The notes under the pieces: generated by a model
What the model saw: only the letters and a program-made list of their open reading frames with translations
Told to the model about the DNA's origin: nothing
Database searches by the model: none
Shown: positions 16,027 through 24,975 of the stretch, one piece after another
Layout of the letters: every line of letters starts with the position of its first letter
How positions within the stretch are numbered: the first letter of the stretch is position 1
Translations under genes and position numbers: made by a program
Assembly (NCBI RefSeq): GCF_044360715.1
Contig: NZ_JBIKJY010000013.1
Coordinates: 1,254-65,253, forward strand
Direction: 5' to 3'
Source of the DNA: Flavobacterium sp.
GTDB lineage: Bacteria; Bacteroidota; Bacteroidia; Flavobacteriales; Flavobacteriaceae
DNA: 64,000 nucleotides

Positions 16027-17421
16027 ATGACATTAATAAAATCTATATCGGGAATTCGAGGAACTATTGGTGGTAAAGTAGGCGATAACTTAACGCCTGT
16101 AGATGCGGTAAAATTTGCATCAGCTTATGGTACTTTTTTGAAAAATAATTCGAACGTTACCGATAGAAAATTAAAAGTTGTAATTGGTCGTGATGCGCGT
16201 ATTTCAGGACCTATGATACATAATTTAGTCCAAAATACTCTTTTAGGTTTAGGAATTGATGTTATCGATTTAGGACTTTCTACCACGCCAACAGTTGAAG
16301 TAGCGGTACCAATGGAACAAGCCGATGGTGGTATTATTTTAACGGCTTCTCACAATCCGAAACAATGGAATGCTTTAAAATTATTAAATGCCAAAGGCGA
16401 ATTTTTAAGTGGGGCAGAAGGTGCTAAAATATTAGAAATTGCGGAGGCAGAAGCGTTTGATTTTGTAGATGTTGATAGTTTAGGAGAAGTTACGGTTAAC
16501 GATGCCTATATGGATATTCATATTGATGAAGTATTGGAATTGCCTTTAGTAGATGCCGATTTAGTGAAAACTAAAAAATATAAGGTTGTTGTAGATGGAG
16601 TAAATTCTTCTGGAGGTATTGTCATTCCTAATTTATTAGAACAAATGGGCGTGGAAGTGGTGAAATTATATTGCGAACCAAACGGACATTTTCCACACAA
16701 TCCAGAGCCATTAAAAGAACATTTAACGGATATCTGTAAACTAGTTTTAGATGAAAAAGCCGATTTCGGAATAGTAGTAGACCCAGATGTGGATCGTTTG
16801 GCTTTTATTTCAAATGATGGTGAAATGTTTGGCGAAGAATATACGTTAGTGGCTGTTGCCGATTATGTTTTGAGTAAAACACCAGGAAATACCGTTTCTA
16901 ATATGAGTTCGTCTCGAGCGTTACGTGACATTACTGAGAAACACAATGGAAGTTACCAAGCTAGTGCCGTTGGCGAAGTGAATGTTGTTGAATTAATGAA
17001 AAAAACCAATGCCATTATTGGTGGTGAAGGAAATGGTGGTATTATTTATCCAGAATTACATTACGGAAGAGATAGTTTGGTTGGAGTAGCATTGTTTTTA
17101 ACGTATTTGGCGGGTCAAGATAAAACGGTTGCCGAATTACGTGCCAGCTATCCGCAATATTATATGAGTAAAAATAAAATTGAATTAACACCACAAATCG
17201 ATGTGGATGCCATTTTAGAAGCGTTAACTACAACTTATAAAAATGAGCAAATTAGTACTATAGATGGAGTAAAAATTGATTTTGCTACCGAATGGGTGCA
17301 TTTAAGAAAATCAAATACAGAACCCATTATCAGAATTTATACAGAAGCACCAACACAACAAGAAGCGGATGTTTTAGCTGAACGTTTTGTAAAAGAGCTG
17401 AAAGTAATTGCTGGGATATAG
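16027..17421 (+). CDS. glmM: Phosphoglucosamine mutase
   Basis: 464 aa. Motifs SGIRG, TASHNP (phosphoserine loop) and DPDVDRL. Confidence 0.9.
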   Translation: MTLIKSISGIRGTIGGKVGDNLTPVDAVKFASAYGTFLKNNSNVTDRKLKVVIGRDARISGPMIHNLVQNTLLGLGIDVIDLGLSTTPTVEVAVPMEQADGGIILTASHNPKQWNALKLLNAKGEFLSGAEGAKILEIAEAEAFDFVDVDSLGEVTVNDAYMDIHIDEVLELPLVDADLVKTKKYKVVVDGVNSSGGIVIPNLLEQMGVEVVKLYCEPNGHFPHNPEPLKEHLTDICKLVLDEKADFGIVVDPDVDRLAFISNDGEMFGEEYTLVAVADYVLSKTPGNTVSNMSSSRALRDITEKHNGSYQASAVGEVNVVELMKKTNAIIGGEGNGGIIYPELHYGRDSLVGVALFLTYLAGQDKTVAELRASYPQYYMSKNKIELTPQIDVDAILEALTTTYKNEQISTIDGVKIDFATEWVHLRKSNTEPIIRIYTEAPTQQEADVLAERFVKELKVIAGI

Positions 17422-17432
17422 TTAAAGAAATT

Positions 17433-17465
17433 AAACCTGACAGGTTTTTGAAACCTGTCAGGTTT
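17433..17465. repeat. Double palindrome aaacctgacaggttt-ttg-aaacctgtcaggttt
   Basis: The two 15-mers are exact reverse complements of each other, and each is itself palindromic around its centre. Confidence 0.85.
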
Positions 17466-17472
17466 GAAATAT

Positions 17473-17510
17473 AAAAAAAACCGTCAAGTTTTAACGTGAC
17501 GGTTTTTTTT
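17473..17510. terminator. Bidirectional terminator between glmM and lpdA
   Basis: A8, then ccgtca...tgacgg hairpin, then T8. Confidence 0.75.
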
Positions 17511-17548
17511 ATTTAGATGCTGAAACGAGTTCAGCAAGACATATGGTA

Positions 17549-18937
17549 TTATATATGAATCACTTCATCATAAGCAGCAGCAACTGCTTCCATAACGGCC
17601 TCACTCATAGTAGGGTGTGGGTGAACGGTTTTTAAAATTTCGTGTCCTGTAGTTTCAAGTTTTCTTGCTACAACTGCTTCTGCAATCATATCAGTAACAC
17701 CTGCGCCAATCATATGACAACCCAACCATTCTCCGTATTTTGCATCGAAAATTACTTTTACAAACCCGTCAGTAGTTCCAGCAGCTGTAGCTTTTCCTGA
17801 TGCTGAGAACGGGAATTTTCCTACTTTAATATCATATCCTTTTTCTTTAGCTGCTTTTTCAGTTAATCCAACTGAAGCAATTTCAGGAGTAGCATACGTA
17901 CAACCTGGAATGTTTCCGTAATCTAATGGTTCTACGTGCATTCCAGCTATTTTTTCTACACATAAAATTCCTTCAGCAGACGCCACGTGTGCTAAAGCCT
18001 GACCAGGAGTAATATCTCCAATTGCATAATATCCAGGTACATTAGTTTGGTAGAAATCGTTTACTAAAATTTTATCTCTATCTGTAGCAATACCCACTTC
18101 TTCTAAACCAATGTTTTCAATGTTTGTTTTGATACCAACTGCAGAAAGTAAAATATCTGCTTCGATAACTTCTTCACCTTTAGCCGTTTTTACTGTTGCT
18201 TTCACGCCTTTTCCTGTAGTATCAATTTTCTCTACAGATGAATTGGTCATAATAGTCACACCTGCTTTTTTCATAGAACGTTCCATTTGTTTTGAAATGT
18301 CTTCGTCTTCAACAGGTACAATATTTGGCATAAATTCTACAATAGTAACTTGCGTTCCCATTGCGTTATAAAAATGAGCAAATTCCACTCCAATTGCTCC
18401 AGAACCTACAATAATCATAGATTTTGGTTGCGTTGGTAATGTCATTGCTTGTCTGTATCCAATTACTTTAACACCATCTTGTGGTAAGTTTGGTAATTCA
18501 CGAGAACGTGCACCAGTGGCAATAATGATGTTATCAGCAGAATATTCTGTAACTTTTCCATCAGCGGCAGTTACATCAATTTTTTTGCCTGGTTTTACTT
18601 TTCCAAAACCATCAATAACATCAATTTTATTTTTTTTCATTAAAAACTGAACACCTTTGCTCATTCCACCTGCCACATTACGTGAACGGGCAACCACAGC
18701 ATTAAAATCTTTATCTACGTTATCTACTTTTAATCCGTAGTCGGCAGCGTGTTTTAAATAATCGAAAACTTGAGCAGATTTTAGTAAGGCTTTTGTTGGA
18801 ATACACCCCCAATTTAAACATACCCCACCTAAATTTTCTTTTTCAATAACGGCAACTTTAAATCCTAATTGTGAGGCTCTTATTGCTGTAACATATCCAC
18901 CAGGACCACTTCCTAAAACTATAATATCGTATTTCAT
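17549..18937 (-). CDS. lpdA: Dihydrolipoyl dehydrogenase
   Basis: 462 aa. Motifs GSGPGGY and the GGVCLNWGCIPTK redox disulfide motif. Confidence 0.95.
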   Translation of the reverse strand: MKYDIIVLGSGPGGYVTAIRASQLGFKVAVIEKENLGGVCLNWGCIPTKALLKSAQVFDYLKHAADYGLKVDNVDKDFNAVVARSRNVAGGMSKGVQFLMKKNKIDVIDGFGKVKPGKKIDVTAADGKVTEYSADNIIIATGARSRELPNLPQDGVKVIGYRQAMTLPTQPKSMIIVGSGAIGVEFAHFYNAMGTQVTIVEFMPNIVPVEDEDISKQMERSMKKAGVTIMTNSSVEKIDTTGKGVKATVKTAKGEEVIEADILLSAVGIKTNIENIGLEEVGIATDRDKILVNDFYQTNVPGYYAIGDITPGQALAHVASAEGILCVEKIAGMHVEPLDYGNIPGCTYATPEIASVGLTEKAAKEKGYDIKVGKFPFSASGKATAAGTTDGFVKVIFDAKYGEWLGCHMIGAGVTDMIAEAVVARKLETTGHEILKTVHPHPTMSEAVMEAVAAAYDEVIHI

Positions 18938-19106
18938 TTTTTTTGTGTTTTGTATCTTAATTTTCTTGTTGCGAAATTAGTAAATATTTATTTATTTTTT
19001 ATGTATTTTTTTTAGTTAATAGGAAAAAGGCATTTGGTAAAAGGTAAAAGGAAATGGTTAAAGTCTTTGGACTATTCTCTATATTCTATTCTCTATACTC
19101 TATATT

Positions 19107-20933
19107 CTATGCTCTATTATCTGTTTTTTCAAATTGGGCTTCATATAACTTTTTATAAAAACCATTTTCAAGTTGAACTAATTCATTGTGTTTGCCTTTT
19201 TCAACAATTATACCTTTGTCCATAACTATGATAGTATCCGCATTTACAATAGTTGCCAAACGGTGCGCAATGATAATAGACGTTCTTCCTTGGGTTAATG
19301 TAAGTGTTGCTTTTTGAATTAATTCTTCCGAGTAGGAGTCAATTGATGAAGTGGCTTCATCTAAAATTAGTATACTTGGATTGCTAATATAAGCTCGTAA
19401 AAAAGCAATTAATTGTCGTTGTCCAGAAGATAACATCACGCCTCGTTCTTTTACATCATAATCATATCCGTTAGGTAACGACATTAAAAAATCGTGAACA
19501 CCAATTTTTTTGGCTGCTTCATACACCTGTTCTCTTTTGATACTTTCATCAAAAAGCGTAATGTTATTATAAATGGTATCGGCAAATAAGAACACATCTT
19601 GTAATACCATAGCGATTTCATTTCTTAACGTTTCTAAAGTAAAATCGTTAATATTGATGTCGTCAATTAATATTTTTCCAGAATTTATTTCGTAAAAGCG
19701 ATTCAGTAAATTGATAATAGTTGTTTTTCCAGCTCCAGTGGCCCCAACAATAGCAATTGTTTCACCAGCTTTTACTTCTAAATGTATGCCTTTTAAAATT
19801 TCTTCATCTTTTAAATAACCAAATCGCACGTTATCAAAAAGTATGTTTCCTTTAAATGTATCCGCATCAATTGTTCCGTTGTCTTGCACTTCTGAATTCG
19901 ATTCTAAAATTTCAAAAACTCGGTCTGCCGCCACAATTCCCATTTGCATCACATTAAATTTATCAGCAATTTGGCGTAACGGCGTGTATAGCATAGCAAT
20001 ATACATATTAAAAGAAATTAGTTGCCCTACACTGGTATTGGTGTCGCCATTAATAATAAATAGGGCACCAAAATACACAACTAATCCTAATGTAATACTT
20101 GAAACAATATCGGCAATTGGAAAGAAAATACTATTGTATAAAATGTTTTTTAACCACGCTTTGTTATGTTTGTGATTGATTTCCTTAAATTTTTCTAATT
20201 CAATTTTTTCTCTATTGAATAATTGTACGATTTTCATTCCTGTTAATCGTTCTTGGATAAACGTATTTAAGTTGGCCACTTCATTTCGTACTTCATTAAA
20301 AGCTACTTTCATTTTTTTATTGAAAATATTTGTAGCAATTAAAATAACCGGCATAATTAACAAGACTATGCCAGTAATTTTCCAATTGATTAGTAACATA
20401 AAAATTAGCACGATAATCATTTTTAATACGTCACTAATAATCATAAACAAACCTTGACTAAATATACTGGCAATGTTTTCAATGTCTGAAACACATCGTG
20501 TAATTAACTTACCAACTGGTTCATTATCGTAATATTTAATTTTGAAACTGGCTAAATGTGCAAATAATTTTTCACGAATTACTTTTACAATATCTTGACC
20601 TAACCAACTTGAAATGAAAACAAAAAAGTATTGTGCTACAACTTCTAATAAAAGAATGATAAACATAATGGCTACCAATACTTTTATATTATACGAAGCA
20701 TTTCCTTCAATTAATACATTGCTAATTAGGTCTAAAAAATAATCTTGAATGACATTGGTTTCTTTGTTGGCAGAAACAAAATATTTATCAATAGTAATGT
20801 TTAATATTAACGGACGTAAGCCTGCGACTATCGCTAAAAATATAGCCCAAAATGCTACCGAAAAAAGTTTACTTTTAAAAGGAATAGCATAACGCATTAA
20901 TTTTTTAAAAGATGATGATTTTAAATCGCTCAT
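19107..20933 (-). CDS. ABC transporter, fused permease/ATP-binding protein (MsbA-like exporter)
   Basis: 608 aa. Six-TM N-domain, Walker A GATGAGKTT, signature LSSGQRQ, Walker B ILILDEATS. Confidence 0.9.
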   Translation of the reverse strand: MSDLKSSSFKKLMRYAIPFKSKLFSVAFWAIFLAIVAGLRPLILNITIDKYFVSANKETNVIQDYFLDLISNVLIEGNASYNIKVLVAIMFIILLLEVVAQYFFVFISSWLGQDIVKVIREKLFAHLASFKIKYYDNEPVGKLITRCVSDIENIASIFSQGLFMIISDVLKMIIVLIFMLLINWKITGIVLLIMPVILIATNIFNKKMKVAFNEVRNEVANLNTFIQERLTGMKIVQLFNREKIELEKFKEINHKHNKAWLKNILYNSIFFPIADIVSSITLGLVVYFGALFIINGDTNTSVGQLISFNMYIAMLYTPLRQIADKFNVMQMGIVAADRVFEILESNSEVQDNGTIDADTFKGNILFDNVRFGYLKDEEILKGIHLEVKAGETIAIVGATGAGKTTIINLLNRFYEINSGKILIDDININDFTLETLRNEIAMVLQDVFLFADTIYNNITLFDESIKREQVYEAAKKIGVHDFLMSLPNGYDYDVKERGVMLSSGQRQLIAFLRAYISNPSILILDEATSSIDSYSEELIQKATLTLTQGRTSIIIAHRLATIVNADTIIVMDKGIIVEKGKHNELVQLENGFYKKLYEAQFEKTDNRA

Positions 20934-20955
20934 TTGGCTTATAGTTTTTTGAAGG

Positions 20956-21690
20956 CTAAATATACGGATATTTTACTTTTGTTAAATACAATCCGTGAGC
21001 TGGAACAGAAAATCCTGCATTATTTCGGTTTTTACTTTCAATAATGATTCTAAAATCGGATAAAGATGTTTTATGAATACCCACATTTATTAGCGTTCCT
21101 ACAATAGCTCGTACCATATTCCGTAAAAATCTATCGGCAGTAATGGTAAAAATAATCTGATTTCCGTTTTGTTGCCAATGTGCTTCTGAAATTTTACAAT
21201 TAAAGGTTTTAACATCGGTATGAATTTTAGAAAAGCATTCAAAATCAATATATTCAAATAGAATTTTGCAGGCGTCATTCATCAAATTTAAATCTAATTT
21301 ATGATGTACTTTCCAACTGCCATCTGCATTAAAAACATCTTTAAAAGTAGTGATATGATATTCGTATGTTCTACTAATGGCATCAAATCGCGCGTGCGCA
21401 TCAGGTTGTACTTCAATAACATTAAAAATGGCAATATCTTTTGGTAAAAATGAATTTAGCTTTTGAATAGTAGTAGGAATGTCAAATTCAATTTCTGTAT
21501 CAAAATGGGCGAACATTTGTTTGGCATGTACACCAGAATCGGTTCGTCCTGCGCCAACAATTTCAATTTTATCTCGAAGTACTAAAGATAAAGCCGTATC
21601 TAAAGTTTCTTGTATTGAAATGGCATTCGGTTGTATTTGAAACCCAAAATATTCTTTTCCGTTATATGCAAATTCAATGAAGTATCTCAA
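20956..21690 (-). CDS. truA: tRNA pseudouridine(38-40) synthase
   Basis: 244 aa. Motif GAGRTDSGVHA. Confidence 0.9.
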   Translation of the reverse strand: MRYFIEFAYNGKEYFGFQIQPNAISIQETLDTALSLVLRDKIEIVGAGRTDSGVHAKQMFAHFDTEIEFDIPTTIQKLNSFLPKDIAIFNVIEVQPDAHARFDAISRTYEYHITTFKDVFNADGSWKVHHKLDLNLMNDACKILFEYIDFECFSKIHTDVKTFNCKISEAHWQQNGNQIIFTITADRFLRNMVRAIVGTLINVGIHKTSLSDFRIIIESKNRNNAGFSVPAHGLYLTKVKYPYI

Positions 21691-21752
21691 TGTGTTTGAT
21701 TTTGATTGACAAAAATAATGTTTTTCAATGGCAATATCAAATTCAATTTTTT

Positions 21753-21806
21753 AAACACAGATTGGAGAAATTATTAAAATTATTAAAATTTCTCCAATCT
21801 GTGTTT
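21753..21806. repeat. Perfect 19-bp inverted repeat aaacacagattggagaaat / atttctccaatctgtgttt with a 2 x 9-bp tandem (ttattaaaa) in the loop
   Basis: Arms at 21753-71 and 21788-806. It has the same terminal 11-mer as the element at 15826 and sits in the divergent truA/phosphoesterase promoter region. Confidence 0.9.
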
Positions 21807-21826
21807 TAACTGGCTATTTTAAATCA

Positions 21827-21834
21827 TACTTTTG
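21827..21834 (+). promoter_or_regulatory. -7 promoter box TACTTTTG ending 4 nt before the ATG at 21839
   Basis: Exact TAnnTTTG match. Confidence 0.45.
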
Positions 21835-21838
21835 TAAT

Positions 21839-22333
21839 ATGAAAAAAATATTACTCCTTTCAGATACGCATAGTCATATTGACGATACGATTTTAAAATA
21901 TGTAAAATTAGCTGATGAAGTATGGCACGCGGGTGATATTGGAGATTTAAAAGTTACTGATACTATCAAAAAGCTTAAACCTTTACGTGCTGTTTTTGGA
22001 AATATTGACAATCATGAAGCACGTTTGGAGTTCCCTTTAAATAACCGATTTTTATGTGAAGGTGTTTCTGTTTTAATTACTCATATTGGTGGCTACCCTG
22101 GAAAATATAGTCCTGCTATTCGAGAGGAAATTACTCAAAATCCACCCAAGTTATTTATTTGCGGTCATTCACATATTTTAAAAGTAATGTTCGATAAAAA
22201 ACTCAATTGTTTGCATATGAATCCCGGTGCAGCTGGTATTTCAGGATTTCATCAAAAAAGAACGATGTTACGATTTGAAATTGATGGGGATAAGATTCAA
22301 AGTTTGGAGGTTATTGAAATAGGAGACAAGTAG
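21839..22333 (+). CDS. Metallophosphoesterase family protein (YfcE/MJ0936-like)
   Basis: 164 aa. Motifs LSDTHSH, GDIGD, GNID/NH and GHSH. Confidence 0.85.
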   Translation: MKKILLLSDTHSHIDDTILKYVKLADEVWHAGDIGDLKVTDTIKKLKPLRAVFGNIDNHEARLEFPLNNRFLCEGVSVLITHIGGYPGKYSPAIREEITQNPPKLFICGHSHILKVMFDKKLNCLHMNPGAAGISGFHQKRTMLRFEIDGDKIQSLEVIEIGDK

Positions 22334-22557
22334 CTTCGAGAGCCTCAGCTACCAGGATATTAATTTACGATTATCATATTGTTGGCTGAGGCACTCGAAG
22401 CCAAAAATAAATAAGTAAGCTGAGGCACTCGAAGCCAACAATGAAATTCAAAATATATAATAGTAGCTTCGAGAGCCTCAGCTACCATTTAATTAATTTA
22501 TAACTACCACAATGTTAATTCACGGATTCCAATTGATGGCTGAGGCACTCGAGCCAA
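22331..22557. repeat. Cluster of five REP-like GC-rich stem-loop units in two orientations
   Basis: A-type units tagcttcgagagcctcagctacc at 22331-53 and 22464-86. B-type units (t)tggctgaggcactcgaagccaa at 22382-404 and 22419-38, plus 22537-57 with a 1-nt deletion. The core GCTGAGGC(A/T)CTCGAAGC is shared. Confidence 0.9.
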
Positions 22558-22603
22558 CAATATTAATTAATCGAAATATTCGAAACCAAACTCATATAAA
22601 ACG

Positions 22604-22635
22604 AAAATCCGCTTTGATTTCTCAAAACGGATTTT
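22604..22635 (-). terminator. Weak terminator-like hairpin downstream of the DUF4293 gene
   Basis: aaaatccg...cggatttt stem with a 16-nt loop and a short U-tract on minus. Confidence 0.35.
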
Positions 22636-22664
22636 CTACGCACTAATAAGCTAAGATGATAGGT

Positions 22665-23075
22665 TTATCGTATTCTGTCCACAGATTTTACGAGATCTTC
22701 GTCCCTTTTAATTGCTTTGTTGGCCAAAGCAAGAAAAACGATAGAAAAAATTGGTAGAAGCATCCCAATACCCTTCTCAGAAACTTTCGCTTCTCCAGAT
22801 AGACTTAGTGAATGATATACTAATAATCCTATTATAATAAAGTTTAATATCATATTCAGTCTGTTTAACACAAACTGGTTTTGTCTTTTTTTAAAACTAA
22901 AAATACTTAGAACTGCTAAAATTGCAGAAATCAAAAACAATCCTATATATATTGTATTGGAATTCGCATATACGTCTAATTTACTTTCAGTTATCCAAAT
23001 TTTAATAAAAAAAGGAAGCACACCTGAAATCAGCATACACAGTAACAAATATATCGTTTGAATTCTTTGTAACAT
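22665..23075 (-). CDS. DUF4293 family membrane protein
   Basis: 136 aa. It starts MLQRIQTIYLLL, has four hydrophobic helices, and is conserved divergently upstream of rho in flavobacteria. Confidence 0.7.
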   Translation of the reverse strand: MLQRIQTIYLLLCMLISGVLPFFIKIWITESKLDVYANSNTIYIGLFLISAILAVLSIFSFKKRQNQFVLNRLNMILNFIIIGLLVYHSLSLSGEAKVSEKGIGMLLPIFSIVFLALANKAIKRDEDLVKSVDRIR

Positions 23076-23258
23076 TTTTAATTTTTATAACAACAAAAAT
23101 AAGTTTTCTTTTTTTAAAAAACTATTGTTTTATAATAAAATATTCGTATTATTGCATCAAATAATCGTAAGTACTTCATATACGATACTTTAAAAAAGCA
23201 AAAAAATCTCATCACAGTTTTTTTATTATATTAAGATTAAAAAAATCAATCAACATTT

Positions 23259-24902
23259 ATGTTTGACACATCTACATTAAAAGGGATGAAACTCTCTGAT
23301 TTGCAAGAAATTGCCAAAGTAGCTAATATTCAAAAATTCAAAACTTTAAAAAAAGACGAATTAATTACTCAAATATTAGATTTACAAAATTCATCTGAAG
23401 CACCAACTCAAGTTTCTAAACCAGTTAAAAAATCAATTCCTGTATCTAAAGTTATTGAAGAAGCAGTTGAGGAAACAAATGCAAACGAAACTTCAGATAA
23501 TGAAGCAAAAACACAACGCGCACGAATAAAAAAAGTGGTTGTAAAGCCTACAAATAGAGAGAAAGAAGCCGCTTCTTTTGATTTAGATGCAGAAAAAAAA
23601 TCTGAATCGTACAGCCAACAACCTAAAGAAGTCGTTGAAAATAATTCAGAAAATACTACTGAAGAAATAAAATCTGAAACTTCAGAGCAAGAAAAAACCA
23701 ATACCAATCCCAATTTCAAAAAGAATAACAATCCGAAGTTTGCAAAAAACAACGGAAACAAAAACTTTCGTGAATCGGATTTTGAATTCGATGGAATTAT
23801 TGAAAGTGAAGGGGTTTTAGAAATGATGCCAGACGGATATGGTTTCTTACGTTCTTCGGATTATAATTATTTAGCCTCTCCAGATGATATTTATTTATCA
23901 CAATCACAAGTTCGTTTATTTGGATTGAAAACGGGAGATACTGTAAAAGGTGTGGTTCGCCCACCAAAAGAAGGAGAGAAATTTTTTCCTTTGGTTCGCG
24001 TATCAAAAATTAACGGACACGACCCTCAAGTCATTCGTGACCGAGTTTCATTTGAACATTTAACACCACTTTTCCCTGAAGAAAGATTCAATTTATCAGG
24101 AAAAAACACATCTATATCTACACGTATTATCGATATGTTCTCACCAATTGGTAAAGGACAACGTGCGATGATTGTGGCACAACCAAAAACGGGTAAAACG
24201 ATGTTATTAAAGGATATTGCTAACTCAATAGCGGCCAATCATCCTGAAGTATATTTAATTGTTTTATTAATTGATGAACGCCCAGAAGAAGTTACCGATA
24301 TGCAACGTAGTGTGCGTGCCGAAGTTATCGCTTCTACGTTTGATGAACCTGCAGACCGTCACGTAAAAGTAGCAAACATTGTTTTAGAAAAAGCAAAACG
24401 TTTGGTAGAATGCGGACACGATGTAGTGATTTTATTAGATTCGATTACACGTTTAGCAAGAGCCTATAATACGTGTCAACCTGCATCTGGAAAGGTATTA
24501 AGTGGAGGAGTTGATGCGAATGCATTACAAAAACCTAAACGTTTCTTTGGAGCAGCTCGTAATATTGAAAACGGTGGTTCGTTAAGTATTATCGCAACTG
24601 CATTAACAGAAACCGGTTCTAAAATGGACGAAGTTATCTTTGAAGAATTTAAAGGAACAGGTAATATGGAATTACAATTGGATAGAAAAATATCTAACAA
24701 ACGTATTTTCCCAGCTATCGATTTGGTTTCTTCAAGTACGCGTCGTGATGATTTATTATTAGACAAATCTACATTACAACATATGTGGATTTTACGTAAA
24801 TACTTATCGGATATGAATCCAGTTGAAGCAATGGAATTTATCGAATCTCGTATCAAACGTACTAAAAACAACGAAGAGTTTTTAATTTCTATGAATGATT
24901 AG
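23259..24902 (+). CDS. rho: Transcription termination factor Rho with a long low-complexity N-terminal insertion
   Basis: 547 aa. Motifs GYGFLR and Walker A AQPKTGKT, followed by the RecA-like core. Residues ~45-180 are E/K/N/S/T-rich. Confidence 0.95.
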   Translation: MFDTSTLKGMKLSDLQEIAKVANIQKFKTLKKDELITQILDLQNSSEAPTQVSKPVKKSIPVSKVIEEAVEETNANETSDNEAKTQRARIKKVVVKPTNREKEAASFDLDAEKKSESYSQQPKEVVENNSENTTEEIKSETSEQEKTNTNPNFKKNNNPKFAKNNGNKNFRESDFEFDGIIESEGVLEMMPDGYGFLRSSDYNYLASPDDIYLSQSQVRLFGLKTGDTVKGVVRPPKEGEKFFPLVRVSKINGHDPQVIRDRVSFEHLTPLFPEERFNLSGKNTSISTRIIDMFSPIGKGQRAMIVAQPKTGKTMLLKDIANSIAANHPEVYLIVLLIDERPEEVTDMQRSVRAEVIASTFDEPADRHVKVANIVLEKAKRLVECGHDVVILLDSITRLARAYNTCQPASGKVLSGGVDANALQKPKRFFGAARNIENGGSLSIIATALTETGSKMDEVIFEEFKGTGNMELQLDRKISNKRIFPAIDLVSSSTRRDDLLLDKSTLQHMWILRKYLSDMNPVEAMEFIESRIKRTKNNEEFLISMND

Positions 24903-24922
24903 AAATTGATAACAAAACAAAT

Positions 24923-24958
24923 AAAAAAGCCGATTTTCAGATGATAATCGGCTTTTTA
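24923..24958. terminator. Bidirectional terminator between rho and valS
   Basis: A-run, then agccgatt...aatcggct hairpin, then T-run. Confidence 0.75.
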
Positions 24959-24975
24959 CTTTTATAAAAAATACT

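Noticed and set aside
19038-19060. GGTAAAAGGTAAA 13-mer shared between 19038 and 45417 (downstream of the ABC transporter and porQ genes).
   Set aside because: It is a low-complexity purine-rich 13-mer. Tens of chance 13-mer coincidences are expected in a window this size, and there is no flanking similarity.
19073-19118. A TCTAT/CTCTATA-rich imperfect microsatellite overlapping the last four codons and stop of the ABC transporter gene. I considered it as a phase-variation tract.
   Set aside because: The repeat units are irregular (no uniform period), so slipped-strand length changes are unlikely. Only the extreme C-terminus would be affected.
22331-22557. Possibility that the five repeats form a CRISPR array.
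   Set aside because: The units occur in both orientations and the spacers are irregular (14-50 nt). Each unit is itself a hairpin, and no cas genes or leader are nearby. A REP/BIME-like interpretation fits better.
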